Source: a virus
Strand: one strand, 5' to 3'
IMG/VR virus record: IMGVR_UViG_3300035232_000745
DNA length: 64,000 bases
Shown here: piece by piece, positions 47,198-56,987 of the stretch
How the letters are laid out: each line of letters starts with the position of its first letter
Numbering within the stretch: position 1 is the stretch's first letter
The notes under the pieces: model-generated
What the model was told of the DNA's origin: nothing
Seen by the model: the letters and a program-made list of their open reading frames with translations, nothing else
Databases searched by the model: none
Made by a program: the position numbers and the translations under genes

Positions 47198-47668
47198 ATG
47201 TATGAATATAGAGCAACAATTAACAGAGTAATTGACGGTGATACAGTAGATTGTGACATTGATCTAGGTTTCGGTGTAGTTTTAGCTGATGAAAGAGTAA
47301 GAATTATGGGTATTGATACTCCTGAGTCACGAACAAGTGATAAAGTTGAGAAAGTATTCGGACTTGCAGCTAAAAAAAGATTAAAAGAATTACTAGGAAA
47401 ACAGTGTATTCTTAAAACACAAATCGCTAAAAACGGAGAAGATATGAAGGGCAAATTTGGTCGTATTCTAGGTGACTTTATGTCAGAAGACGATAGAATG
47501 GTTACTCATATTATGGAAGAAGAAGGACATTGTGTTCCTTATTTTGGTGGATCTAAAGAAGATACACAAGCTCAACACACAGCTAATAGAGAAAGACTCT
47601 TAAAAGAAGGAGTCGTGAGCAAAGCTGAATACGATAAAGCTGTTGCAATTATGGAGAAAAAGAAATAA
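47198..47668 (+). CDS. thermonuclease (SNase-like)
   Basis: RVIDGDT, R..GIDTPE, GKFGRILG. Confidence 0.88.
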   Translation: MYEYRATINRVIDGDTVDCDIDLGFGVVLADERVRIMGIDTPESRTSDKVEKVFGLAAKKRLKELLGKQCILKTQIAKNGEDMKGKFGRILGDFMSEDDRMVTHIMEEEGHCVPYFGGSKEDTQAQHTANRERLLKEGVVSKAEYDKAVAIMEKKK

Positions 47669-48021
47669 TGGAAAATTTTACTTTAGAAGAATTAAACACG
47701 ATGGCTACGAACGCTAGCATGACATTCGCTGTAACTGCATGTAATTTTCATCAAATTAATGCTTCAGACGAAGCATGTTATAATATTACGACGGATAATG
47801 ATTTGATTGGATTAGTATACATCAGAGATACAGGAAAAGAAGGTTCAGCGTTTAGATACAGAGCTTCATTTGATTCTTTACAAACTCAAGCTCATCTTGA
47901 TGCTGCACAAGCTGCACGTCCTAATTTAGATGACGGTGATCCATCTCATGGTGTCAGTGTTGGAAATACTCAATCTGGTATGAGTCAAGCACCAGGTTTA
48001 ACTCCTGCAACTCAAGATTAA
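47668..48021 (+). CDS. hypothetical protein
   Basis: TAATG coupling. Confidence 0.55.
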   Translation: MENFTLEELNTMATNASMTFAVTACNFHQINASDEACYNITTDNDLIGLVYIRDTGKEGSAFRYRASFDSLQTQAHLDAAQAARPNLDDGDPSHGVSVGNTQSGMSQAPGLTPATQD

Positions 48022-48035
48022 TTTCATTTAATTAC

Positions 48036-48099
48036 AAATTAACTGTTTACATCAGTGTAATGATTCTGTATAAAGGTTATAGAAACAAACACAGAGAGA
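48036..48099 (+). repeat. early promoter + leader cassette, copy 2
   Basis: Matches 35428-35491. Confidence 0.85.
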
Positions 48100-48105
48100 A
48101 ACAAA

Positions 48106-48486
48106 ATGAAATATCAAATTTTTCAAATCCGCACTACAGACGCAGAAATCGCAGCTTTTAACAAAACTGAAGATTATGCTTCAGCTCCTAAACTAAAAGC
48201 ACGTCGCGATATGCAGTTTCCTACTCTTGTTAACTCAACAGTACAAGATCTTGCAGCAGACGCTTTCTTCGGCGGTTTATACACTCACGTTGCAAATATC
48301 ACTGCATCAGATCTTGAGCATGTATTTGAAATTTCAAACATTGGTCCAGAAACTGCTATCGAGCGCCTTGATCGTAAACATTCACTTTCAGTGGGTGACA
48401 TTGTAATCGACGAAAACAATATCGTTTGGGTAGTAGCTGACTTCGGTTTCGAAGAAGTTACTGAATTACAAGTTGTAGCAGCTTAA
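48106..48486 (+). CDS. YodL-like early protein
   Basis: LE.VF...N, HSLSVGDIV, V...GF. Confidence 0.6.
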   Translation: MKYQIFQIRTTDAEIAAFNKTEDYASAPKLKARRDMQFPTLVNSTVQDLAADAFFGGLYTHVANITASDLEHVFEISNIGPETAIERLDRKHSLSVGDIVIDENNIVWVVADFGFEEVTELQVVAA

Positions 48487-48545
48487 CTAGCTGTTTACAA
48501 CTCCCCAATAATCCGTTATACTGATTCTTAGATAAACAAAGGAAA

Positions 48546-48959
48546 ATGAAAATGGCATATGATTATTCAGACGACTGTATCTCAGACTTCCACAAAGAAG
48601 TTTATGGATTTCGCCCAACTCAAGCTTACATGGAAGAGTGGAATACACTTTCTCCAAATCAAAAGCAAAAAGTTTGGGACGAGTATGCGCGTGTTAATGA
48701 AATTCAAATGATCGAATCAAAAGCTCAAGAAGAGCGTGATATCGTAAAATTCGAAGATCGTATCACAGACGTTATGAATATCGGTGCAGGTGATCGTAAA
48801 ACAGCTTTACGTTGGATCTCTGATCAAGAAACATTCTACCACGAACAAGATGTTGAGCATTTTGTTTGGCAGCAGGGAGTTTTATTTACTTCTTACGGTA
48901 GACAATTAATTAAAGATTTGTTAGCTATCGTCAAGTACGAAAGCTGCGAATACGCATAG
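48546..48959 (+). CDS. hypothetical early protein
   Basis: SD.HKEVYGFRP motif; own GTTTAC promoter. Confidence 0.6.
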   Translation: MKMAYDYSDDCISDFHKEVYGFRPTQAYMEEWNTLSPNQKQKVWDEYARVNEIQMIESKAQEERDIVKFEDRITDVMNIGAGDRKTALRWISDQETFYHEQDVEHFVWQQGVLFTSYGRQLIKDLLAIVKYESCEYA

Positions 48960-49012
48960 TGTAGCGTGGAGAGGTGTAACACACAGCCAAAGCACTAACT
49001 AGAAGGTGGAGT

Positions 49013-49050
49013 AATAGGGAGGTTATTAAGTTAGCCTCCCTATTTTTTTT
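49013..49050 (+). terminator. rho-independent terminator between convergent genes
   Basis: AATAGGGAGGTTA-loop-TAGCCTCCCTATT plus T-run. Confidence 0.8.
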
Positions 49051-49375
49051 ATTTTTTCTTCAAAGCATCAGCACCAAAAAATGCTGCGACTAATGCAGAA
49101 ATAGCTACAAAATATGTGGGTGCAATATCACCGACAATATTTGCAGCTTGATCTAATTCTAAGTAAGACGTAAGAACAATTGCAAACGGGTATAATAACA
49201 TTCCCATTAAAGCAAACCAAGTCATTTTACGCATAGCATCGCGTTGAGCGTCTTGATCTTCCATTTCTTTACGTTTAAATTCTAAATGCATTTCCATTTC
49301 TGCTTTAGAAATGTTTCCGTCTCCGTTGACGTCCATTCCTTCTGCGGCATCTGCATCGATAGTTTTCTTCGCCAT
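49049..49375 (-). CDS. EF-hand-loop membrane protein (holin-like)
   Basis: DVNGDGNISKAE plus two TM helices. Confidence 0.6.
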   Translation of the reverse strand: MAKKTIDADAAEGMDVNGDGNISKAEMEMHLEFKRKEMEDQDAQRDAMRKMTWFALMGMLLYPFAIVLTSYLELDQAANIVGDIAPTYFVAISALVAAFFGADALKKK

Positions 49376-49424
49376 TGGTTTCTCCTATAACAATTAACAA
49401 ACATAACAAAGACTTCAATACACT

Positions 49425-49439
49425 TATTTATTATAAATA
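49425..49439. promoter_or_regulatory. overlapping back-to-back late promoters
   Basis: TATTTATTATAAATA = AATAAATA (-) plus TATAAATA (+). Confidence 0.6.
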
Positions 49440-49469
49440 TAACAAGGCCTAGTCAAATTAGAAAAGGAG

Positions 49470-49658
49470 ATGAACATGGCAATTAAAGTAAGCACTACAG
49501 TTGTGATTACCAACGCTTTAGAACTGCAAAACATTGCAACGGTTGATGGTACAACAGAATCAACAATCCAAGCAGCAGTTAGAGCAAACGACCACAAATT
49601 AATCATACGGGATTCAGCAGGAACAGAAACCTTTAGGCTTCACGGCGTTACAGCGTAA
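49470..49658 (+). CDS. small late (virion-like) protein
   Basis: MAIKV..T.VI N-terminus of the kind seen in fibre proteins; late promoter. Confidence 0.5.
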   Translation: MNMAIKVSTTVVITNALELQNIATVDGTTESTIQAAVRANDHKLIIRDSAGTETFRLHGVTA

Positions 49659-50653
49659 TGGCAGGCTGGTTACTACAAGGCAACTTAACTGGAAGTGGCG
49701 TTTCTCTAGATATGCCAAACCCAGCGCTTGATCCATATGAAAATCAAGTCTTGAGAAGAATCGCTTATCTGTATTCACTTAATACTACTGTCGAGTTAAG
49801 CGTAGTTGCTTCTGGTGGAAACTTGGGTACTATTTCAGAAATTAGACAACAAGCCGGTGCAAGTACATCACAAACTTCTGCTCAAGGCGGTTTTGCTTCT
49901 GCTGCGAATACACCAAATATTTCTAGCATAAGTACAAACTATGCTCGCATTAGTCAAACAGTAAGCAGTTCACCGCCTGCATTACCTACTGATACTGACC
50001 TCCACAGATTTCCGCTTAAAATGAATGCTACTTCTGGAGACCTTCAATCTATGAATTTTCAAGACTGCATGGATTATTTTATTGAACCAGCAATTGCATA
50101 TATAACAAGCGGATCACCTACTGTTCAAGCAGGTGGAGCTTATCATATATCCACATCAAGCAGTGTCTCTGGCTCTACTTTAGTATCAGCAACTCCGGTG
50201 TTTATCGATACAAGAGCAGATGCTGCTGCTTACACTGCAGGCGGAATTGGAGAAACTCAAGACCAACCTACAACTATTAATAGCTATTACTTACATAAAG
50301 TTACACCAGCGTCTAATACTCCTGACTTTATGCCAGTATATTGGGATTATACAAATGGCGATATAAGAGAAATGTCTTTATCTATGTTTGATGATATATT
50401 TGGACCAATGATACAAAACTATGTAGTTAACGGAAGTGGCGAAGTAGGACAAAATCTAAAAATAAGATATAATATCAATGGCTCTGGCACTACAATGGGT
50501 ACTGTTATGGCAGACACATATTTAAGTGGATCGTCAGCTTCTGGATATACACAAAGATTTGTAAGTGCATCAGATTATCGAACGCAAGAATTTCCAAATG
50601 GTACACCAGCAACAAACGCATCTCACACATTGAAGAGTTTATTATCTAACTAA
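49658..50653 (+). CDS. putative virion structural protein
   Basis: S/T/G-rich; late operon; YRTQEFPNG. Confidence 0.55.
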   Translation: MAGWLLQGNLTGSGVSLDMPNPALDPYENQVLRRIAYLYSLNTTVELSVVASGGNLGTISEIRQQAGASTSQTSAQGGFASAANTPNISSISTNYARISQTVSSSPPALPTDTDLHRFPLKMNATSGDLQSMNFQDCMDYFIEPAIAYITSGSPTVQAGGAYHISTSSSVSGSTLVSATPVFIDTRADAAAYTAGGIGETQDQPTTINSYYLHKVTPASNTPDFMPVYWDYTNGDIREMSLSMFDDIFGPMIQNYVVNGSGEVGQNLKIRYNINGSGTTMGTVMADTYLSGSSASGYTQRFVSASDYRTQEFPNGTPATNASHTLKSLLSN

Positions 50654-50663
50654 GGAATATATT

Positions 50664-51221
50664 ATGGCAGAATTTAGTGGCAACGTCAACGCGGCGTATT
50701 ATATGAATGAAGAATGCAGTTTAATTGAAATTGTATATACGTCTTACGACAGTGATCCAGACGGTGAAAAACTTAAATACATGGTTGAAGTAGATGATAA
50801 TGATGCAAACTATAAAGCTTTGATTGCAGAAGGTTATGATGCAGAAAAGCTTGCTGAGCAAACTTCTGAATATAAAAGAGCTCATAGTAGGCAGTTTAAT
50901 CATCTAGTTAATACTCTTGCAGAAGAACTTGCAGAAGAACTTTCTGGCTCGCCTTTATTGGAACGAAAGAAAATAGAACTAGAAAAACAAATCGAAGAAC
51001 TGAACGAGAAGAAAAAGCTTAAAGTCTATAGCATGGATAATGAAATGTTTGATTTTATTGATACAAATGAAGACTCTTCCAGCCTATTTAAATTTAAACT
51101 TTGGGCTTTAGATAATGAAAAGTACAAAGGCATGACAAAAGAAAACAAAAAGCAAATAAGAAAAGCTAAATCCCTCGTAGAGGGATTTTCAATATTACAT
51201 TCAGTATCAATATCTGAATAA
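50664..51221 (+). CDS. hypothetical protein
   Basis: ORF with RBS. Confidence 0.6.
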   Translation: MAEFSGNVNAAYYMNEECSLIEIVYTSYDSDPDGEKLKYMVEVDDNDANYKALIAEGYDAEKLAEQTSEYKRAHSRQFNHLVNTLAEELAEELSGSPLLERKKIELEKQIEELNEKKKLKVYSMDNEMFDFIDTNEDSSSLFKFKLWALDNEKYKGMTKENKKQIRKAKSLVEGFSILHSVSISE

Positions 51222-52276
51222 TGTTATGGAACCCAAGCGATATCAAGGTATTTCTTGATATCAGCACTTTTTGTAATGCAGGCTGTCCTCAATGTCATAG
51301 AACCAATTCTAACGGTTTAGGTAAAGTCGATTGGCTTCCTTTAGTACAATGGGATCTTGCAACATTTCAAAAAGCGTTTTCACCAGAAGATTTAAAGTAT
51401 ATTAATACATTTAAGTTTTGCGGAACTTTTGGTGATCCTGTTATGTGCAAAGAACTTGATAAGATATTCAAATACATTATAGATAATTCCGAAACAACAA
51501 TATCAGTAGACACTAATGGCAGTATTCGAAATGAAGATTGGTGGTGGAATGTAGGAGTAATGTGCAGTAATAGACTTGAAGTTGTTTTTGCTGTTGACGG
51601 CATAGACCAAGAAATGCATAGCAAGTATCGCAGATTTACAGATCTAGAAAAAGTTCTATCTAACATGGAAACTTTATCTATGACTAATGCTATAGTACAT
51701 TCTCAATCTGTTTTGTTTAAACACAATCAAGAATACAAGGATGAATTAACTGCTTTAGTTAAAAAGAACGGATCTGTCAGACATACGTTTGTAATATCTG
51801 ACAGATTTGATAGAGTTGACAACGGAAAAGACGTGTTTATTGATGAGAATGGTAAAGAAGATTATTTCGAAAGAGCTGATCATGAAATTTTACCAAAAGG
51901 TTATGTTGCAGGAACAAAAAACAATATTCTTAGCAATGAAATAATTTGTCGTTGGGCAAAACCTCGTAATGAAATAGTCGTAAATCCAGACGGTCAAATA
52001 ATGCCATGCTGTTACCATGCTAATGCGCATTATATGCATCGACAAGGAATAACAAATGAAATGAATAAACACGACGTATATTCTAAGGGTTATAACAAAG
52101 ATTTAAAAAAGTATAACTTGTTTCATTCAAATCTAACTGATATACTTAATAGCGAATGGTTTACAAAAACTTTACCGCAAAGTATTAATAGCGATAAACC
52201 AATAAAACAATGTGAAAAACAATGCAGTTCTAGAACAAAAAAACTTCATCAAATAAGAGAATATCATGACACCTGA
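51221..52276 (+). CDS. radical SAM protein with SPASM/twitch domain
   Basis: CNAGCPQC, TNG, C..DGQIMPCC...C...C. Confidence 0.9.
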   Translation: MLWNPSDIKVFLDISTFCNAGCPQCHRTNSNGLGKVDWLPLVQWDLATFQKAFSPEDLKYINTFKFCGTFGDPVMCKELDKIFKYIIDNSETTISVDTNGSIRNEDWWWNVGVMCSNRLEVVFAVDGIDQEMHSKYRRFTDLEKVLSNMETLSMTNAIVHSQSVLFKHNQEYKDELTALVKKNGSVRHTFVISDRFDRVDNGKDVFIDENGKEDYFERADHEILPKGYVAGTKNNILSNEIICRWAKPRNEIVVNPDGQIMPCCYHANAHYMHRQGITNEMNKHDVYSKGYNKDLKKYNLFHSNLTDILNSEWFTKTLPQSINSDKPIKQCEKQCSSRTKKLHQIREYHDT

Positions 52277-52877
52277 AAATATTATTTTTGTAAAACACGG
52301 CGATAAGTATAACGCCGAACATGTGAATAGATTAAGAGATCAATTAATGGTATACTTTCCATCTTCGCAATATCTCTGTTATACAGAAGATCATTTAGGA
52401 GTTGAAATAGAATGCATTCCGTGTTTTAAAAAACCACAATTAAGATTTTGGTGGAATAAACTCGCTATGTTTAGTTCAGACTTTCCTGTCAGAGGTAAAT
52501 GTTTATTCTTCGATTTAGATATGGATATTAAAGAAGATCCAACTTCCTATTTAAAATGGGATGGATTAACTGTACTTAATTCGTATTGGAAACAAGATAT
52601 GTATATGGCAAAACACGCTTACGACGTGACAATAAATAGTTCAATAATCACATGGACTGCTGGCGAACAAACCCATATATGGGATCACTTGTTAACTAAT
52701 AAAGATTATTATACTCGTAAATATAAAGGTATTGATAGATTTTTAATTCATGAAGGTTTTGATATAAACAGATTTGATGATGGAATTGTAAACAGTGTAG
52801 CAAATCCTTATGAAGGTACTGCACCGATTAATATGTATAATGGAATAAATTATGAACTACAAAGAACTGCTTTATAA
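52266..52877 (+). CDS. glycosyltransferase-like protein (GT-A)
   Basis: KHGDKY, WWNKL..F, FDLD, NSS. Confidence 0.65.
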   Translation: MTPENIIFVKHGDKYNAEHVNRLRDQLMVYFPSSQYLCYTEDHLGVEIECIPCFKKPQLRFWWNKLAMFSSDFPVRGKCLFFDLDMDIKEDPTSYLKWDGLTVLNSYWKQDMYMAKHAYDVTINSSIITWTAGEQTHIWDHLLTNKDYYTRKYKGIDRFLIHEGFDINRFDDGIVNSVANPYEGTAPINMYNGINYELQRTAL

Positions 52878-53490
52878 AAACGCTTTAAAAGAAATTGAAG
52901 AAATCTATACTCAATCAAAGTATGATCCTGATGTAGATTTGTATAGAAGTTTCGATATTATAAACTCAGTAAATGAAAACCAATTTAAAAGTAAAGAATG
53001 GCTTATTAAAGAAGTATTACCTTATTTAAGCGGCGTTAAACATATTTGTATAATGGGTTCGTGGTACGGTCTAATAAGTTTACTTATTAGAAGATACGTG
53101 TCAGATAACGTAGTAATTCATAATATAGATACAGATCCTTTATCTAAAAAATTTGCTTTAAGTTTAACCGATGGTATAAGGCATAAGAATACGCACTTTG
53201 TTGTGGAAGATGCTGCAGATTTTGCGATTTCTAATATCGAATGGTTTGATCTAATTATAAACACAAGTACAGAACATATGGAACAGGAAGATATAAAGAT
53301 GATGACTATGCTTAAAAAGAAAAAGGCGATCGTTTGTTTTCAGGGTAATAATTATAACGAAATACAATCGCACATTAATACTCACGATACGTTGGAAGAG
53401 TTTCTTGAATCGTTAGAGTTAAATAAAGTGTTTTTTAAGGAGTCACTTGCTACTGAAAGATATAATAGATATATGGTAATAGGCCGATGA
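52852..53490 (+). CDS. SAM-dependent methyltransferase-like protein
   Basis: MGSWYG, D.D, INTS.EH, RYMVIG. Confidence 0.65.
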   Translation: MNYKELLYKNALKEIEEIYTQSKYDPDVDLYRSFDIINSVNENQFKSKEWLIKEVLPYLSGVKHICIMGSWYGLISLLIRRYVSDNVVIHNIDTDPLSKKFALSLTDGIRHKNTHFVVEDAADFAISNIEWFDLIINTSTEHMEQEDIKMMTMLKKKKAIVCFQGNNYNEIQSHINTHDTLEEFLESLELNKVFFKESLATERYNRYMVIGR

Positions 53491-55229
53491 AAAGACTTAT
53501 TTTTACAATACACGACGATATTGATAATACCAACGCATCTTCCAATAATAAAGAATTAATGGGCTTTGATCAGTTCGAAGTAATAAAGACTAGCCATTCA
53601 GATAACGCTAAAAGGGCTTTATTAAAAAAATACTTTAATGATCTTATCGACAATAAGAGAGAATACGCAGATAAAATCGGCGTAGATTTTAAATTTTTTC
53701 ATAATGAAATGAAAGATTTTGATGTAGATACTTCACTCGAATTCACTAAAGTTAATCTATACAAACATCATTTATACGCAAAGATGGCTGAAGAGTATGA
53801 CGAAGTTTTATATGTTGATACAGACGTGTTGTTTAATACTGATGAAAATATTTTTGACGCACACGATTTAAGCAAAGGTATTCATGTTAAAGACCAAGAT
53901 GAAAAGATAATTTCAAGAGAAAAGTCTGAGGTATTATTAAGTTTTGTTGGATTAAGAAGTCCTATTTTAAAGTACTTTATTACTAAAGATTTATTAGACG
54001 GTAAAGAATGTCATGTAATTAATACGGGTATTATGTTAGGCAGATCTGAAGATATTTTAAATATTAAATTTATTGAGAGAATGAAAGAAGCAATTGAAAA
54101 GATAAATGTTCTTAAGACAAAAAAGAATCTTATCAATGCACTTTATTATCCAAATAACGAGTCTATATTCTCTTACATACTTGAAAAATACAATGTACCG
54201 TATGCTATATTAGAAGATGAGTGGCATAACATTTATGACGGATTTGGTGCAGATCCTATCAAAGGAAAGTGTGTACACATTATTCATAAACAGTTTGACC
54301 ACTTTTTTAATAAAAGAACAAAGGCTATATTCTCTTTACATATTGACATACACGAAGATAATCTAGATCATCCAAAGAGTTATAGTGATACAGAAGAAAA
54401 CAAAAGCGCATCAACCAAACGTTTATTAAATCAATATAGAGATAAACTACTTGATAACCACAAAGACTATGCCGACAAAATTGGTGTAGAGTATATTCAT
54501 TATTCAAGAGACGACAATTATGAAGAGTTTAAAAGTAGATTTCCAGACTTATCAGAATACGATGTAGTTAATCTATATAAAGTTTGGTTGCTAGATAAAC
54601 TTACAAAAGATTACGACACAGTAATGTATGTAGATTTTGATACTACATTTATTAATTACGACTCGCCATTTAATACTATGCCAGCAGACTTTGCTTTTTG
54701 TTGTATTATGGATGATAAGAAGCTATTACATATTGATGAAACAAATGATTACTTGAATAATTATAAAAAAGACTTTAGAAACCCTGAAGCTAAATACTGG
54801 AATGCTCATGCTCTTTTACAAGAGGATGATGAACCAGGAGACAATATAGTATTCAATACCGGAGTTATGCTTGCTTCTAAAGAAGTAATGAAAAAGATCG
54901 ATTATTTTTCTGATATTGATAGCGTAATAGAAACTATGAAAGAGCTAAAAGAAGACGAGTTCAGTATGTATCCTCAAAACATAAGGGCTTCGTTTGGATA
55001 TGACAATGAAACTATTATGTCTTATAAGACTAGAATTAACGACGTACCGTTATTTTATCTTGGGTATAAATGGCACACAAGACATTTCTATGGAAATAAG
55101 CATGAGTTTATTGAAGGTACACCAGAAAGAAAAAGAGCTTTGCTAAAATTAAAAGGCTCTATAAAGGAAGAAAACACTACTATAATTCATTTCATATCTA
55201 AGAATTTTGGTTTATATTTCGATGAATGA
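53487..55229 (+). CDS. tandem two-domain glycosyltransferase (GT8/GT34-like)
   Basis: Internal duplication of YADKIGV, VNLYK, YVD.D, NTG.ML and NE. Confidence 0.7.
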   Translation: MKRLIFTIHDDIDNTNASSNNKELMGFDQFEVIKTSHSDNAKRALLKKYFNDLIDNKREYADKIGVDFKFFHNEMKDFDVDTSLEFTKVNLYKHHLYAKMAEEYDEVLYVDTDVLFNTDENIFDAHDLSKGIHVKDQDEKIISREKSEVLLSFVGLRSPILKYFITKDLLDGKECHVINTGIMLGRSEDILNIKFIERMKEAIEKINVLKTKKNLINALYYPNNESIFSYILEKYNVPYAILEDEWHNIYDGFGADPIKGKCVHIIHKQFDHFFNKRTKAIFSLHIDIHEDNLDHPKSYSDTEENKSASTKRLLNQYRDKLLDNHKDYADKIGVEYIHYSRDDNYEEFKSRFPDLSEYDVVNLYKVWLLDKLTKDYDTVMYVDFDTTFINYDSPFNTMPADFAFCCIMDDKKLLHIDETNDYLNNYKKDFRNPEAKYWNAHALLQEDDEPGDNIVFNTGVMLASKEVMKKIDYFSDIDSVIETMKELKEDEFSMYPQNIRASFGYDNETIMSYKTRINDVPLFYLGYKWHTRHFYGNKHEFIEGTPERKRALLKLKGSIKEENTTIIHFISKNFGLYFDE

Positions 55230-55842
55230 AAGAAATAAAAGAGGAATAGTAATAGATGCTTCACATAAATGCATGCTTAAATGTCATAAATGTGAAAGAG
55301 CTTGGTACGTAAAGAATAGACAAAAAGTTCCAGGTAACGATTTAACGGTAGATCAGTTCAAAAAAATAGCTAGGTATTATACAAACTTTATAGAATTTTG
55401 CGGACAAAGAGGTGACGTAGTAATGAATCCAGATTTGGCAAAGTTTTTAGAAATTACTTATGAAGCAGGTATCGATACAAAAGTAAATACTGCTGCTGGT
55501 TATAGAGATATGAATTGGTATATAGAATGTTTTAAAGCAAATCCAAATTGCGATTGGACATTTGGAATAGATGGATTACCAGAGCAAAGTCATATATATC
55601 GCAAAAATCAAGATGGAGTAAAGCTATTTAATATTATGGTTGAAGCAACAAAGCATTTAAACAAAAAACCTGTTTGGCAATATATAGCTTTTAATTATAA
55701 CGAAGATAATATAGAATTAGCAAAAGAAATGGCACGAGATAATAATATTATATTTGAACTTAATGTTTCTGCCAGATTCGATGGACCAAACGATCCTTAT
55801 ATACCGGAAGGAAAAAATCTTGCAACGTCCTTTATATCCTAA
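55222..55842 (+). CDS. radical SAM protein (core only)
   Basis: CMLKCHKC, FCG..GD, FGIDG; paralogue of 51221. Confidence 0.85.
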   Translation: MNERNKRGIVIDASHKCMLKCHKCERAWYVKNRQKVPGNDLTVDQFKKIARYYTNFIEFCGQRGDVVMNPDLAKFLEITYEAGIDTKVNTAAGYRDMNWYIECFKANPNCDWTFGIDGLPEQSHIYRKNQDGVKLFNIMVEATKHLNKKPVWQYIAFNYNEDNIELAKEMARDNNIIFELNVSARFDGPNDPYIPEGKNLATSFIS

Positions 55843-56134
55843 ATGTATGAACGGTACAAGAACCAGAGCATTGACTGCAGACGGATATATAGTACCGTGT
55901 TGCTGGACAGATAGCTACAAAAGTAGACAGCATAAAATATACAAACAATTATTTGATCCGGCATTGCATATAAATAACTTTGAAAATGTAGAGGATATTG
56001 AAGACTCTATCATTTGGAATAAAATTGAAGTGATGATAGATTATGGGCACGAAGACTTAGATATATGCCACAGAATGTGTGGTAGACCTAACGAAAAAGA
56101 TACTCCCTTCAGACAAAAAATACGCTCGGAATGA
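55820..56134 (+). CDS. stand-alone SPASM/twitch domain
   Basis: PKC...ADGYIVPCCW...C...C; TTG start after GGAAGGA, in the +1 frame. Confidence 0.65.
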   Translation: MQRPLYPKCMNGTRTRALTADGYIVPCCWTDSYKSRQHKIYKQLFDPALHINNFENVEDIEDSIIWNKIEVMIDYGHEDLDICHRMCGRPNEKDTPFRQKIRSE

Positions 56135-56216
56135 ATTTATTGACATTTCGTGATTAACAATGTACTATAACATTATCTCTATGAGATAAACACATCATAA
56201 AAGGAGAAACAATATT

Positions 56217-56987
56217 ATGATTAAGAACTTTATTATTGCCGCAGCTTTTGTTGCGACTTCAGCATCAGCAGAAACAACAGTTGTAAATACTGGATCAGAC
56301 TCAGGCGGCTTTAATGCGGTTATGAGTATGGTTGCAGAACAGATTGGAACAAACGTTGTACAAGCTGGAAACCCGGTTATCGCTGCTTCTTATTTCGATA
56401 ACGGTGATGTTGTGACTATGTGGTCTACTGAATGGCCTGCAGATGATAGTCTACCAAAACCTGCTATTGATGGTGATACTATCGTAGCATTGCAAACCTA
56501 CGAAACAATTTTATGTTCTCGTGAATATACATCGCTTTCTTCAATGGCTGGCGAAACTGTAAAGATTGCTACATGGGGAGAATCTCCTGCAGTAAATAAA
56601 TTCTTAGATGAATTGGGCGCTGATAACCAAGTAACTTTTGAGGTAGTACCTTACGAAGGTTCTGGCGGAACAACGCGCGGTTATTTGGGTGGAGATGCTG
56701 ATACAATCTTTACTATTCAAACACGCCAATCAAAAGTAGAAGCAGACGGAACGTGTTTTGCATTTAGTGCAGATGGTGGTTTAGATTTCGCTTTTGTTGA
56801 TATGATTTTGGCAGTGAATGCATCTGGTGATACAGTTACTGAACTACGAAATGCAGTTACTGAGTTAGCAGCTACAGAAGCATGGCAGACTTCTTTTGAA
56901 GGTACAGTTACTTACGTTGTAGATGATTCTAACAAAGAAGCAATCGTAGCTAAAACAAATGCAGCAATTTTGTTGAACACTAACTAA
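56217..56987 (+). CDS. TctC/Bug-like periplasmic solute-binding protein
   Basis: Signal peptide; SGG; VPYEGSG....YLGGDAD resembles Bug VPYKG.G.....LGG..D. Confidence 0.65.
   Translation: MIKNFIIAAAFVATSASAETTVVNTGSDSGGFNAVMSMVAEQIGTNVVQAGNPVIAASYFDNGDVVTMWSTEWPADDSLPKPAIDGDTIVALQTYETILCSREYTSLSSMAGETVKIATWGESPAVNKFLDELGADNQVTFEVVPYEGSGGTTRGYLGGDADTIFTIQTRQSKVEADGTCFAFSADGGLDFAFVDMILAVNASGDTVTELRNAVTELAATEAWQTSFEGTVTYVVDDSNKEAIVAKTNAAILLNTN

Noticed and set aside
48960-49012. GC-richer stretch before the terminator, a possible sRNA
   Set aside because: Short, with no promoter and no convincing fold; likely 3' UTR
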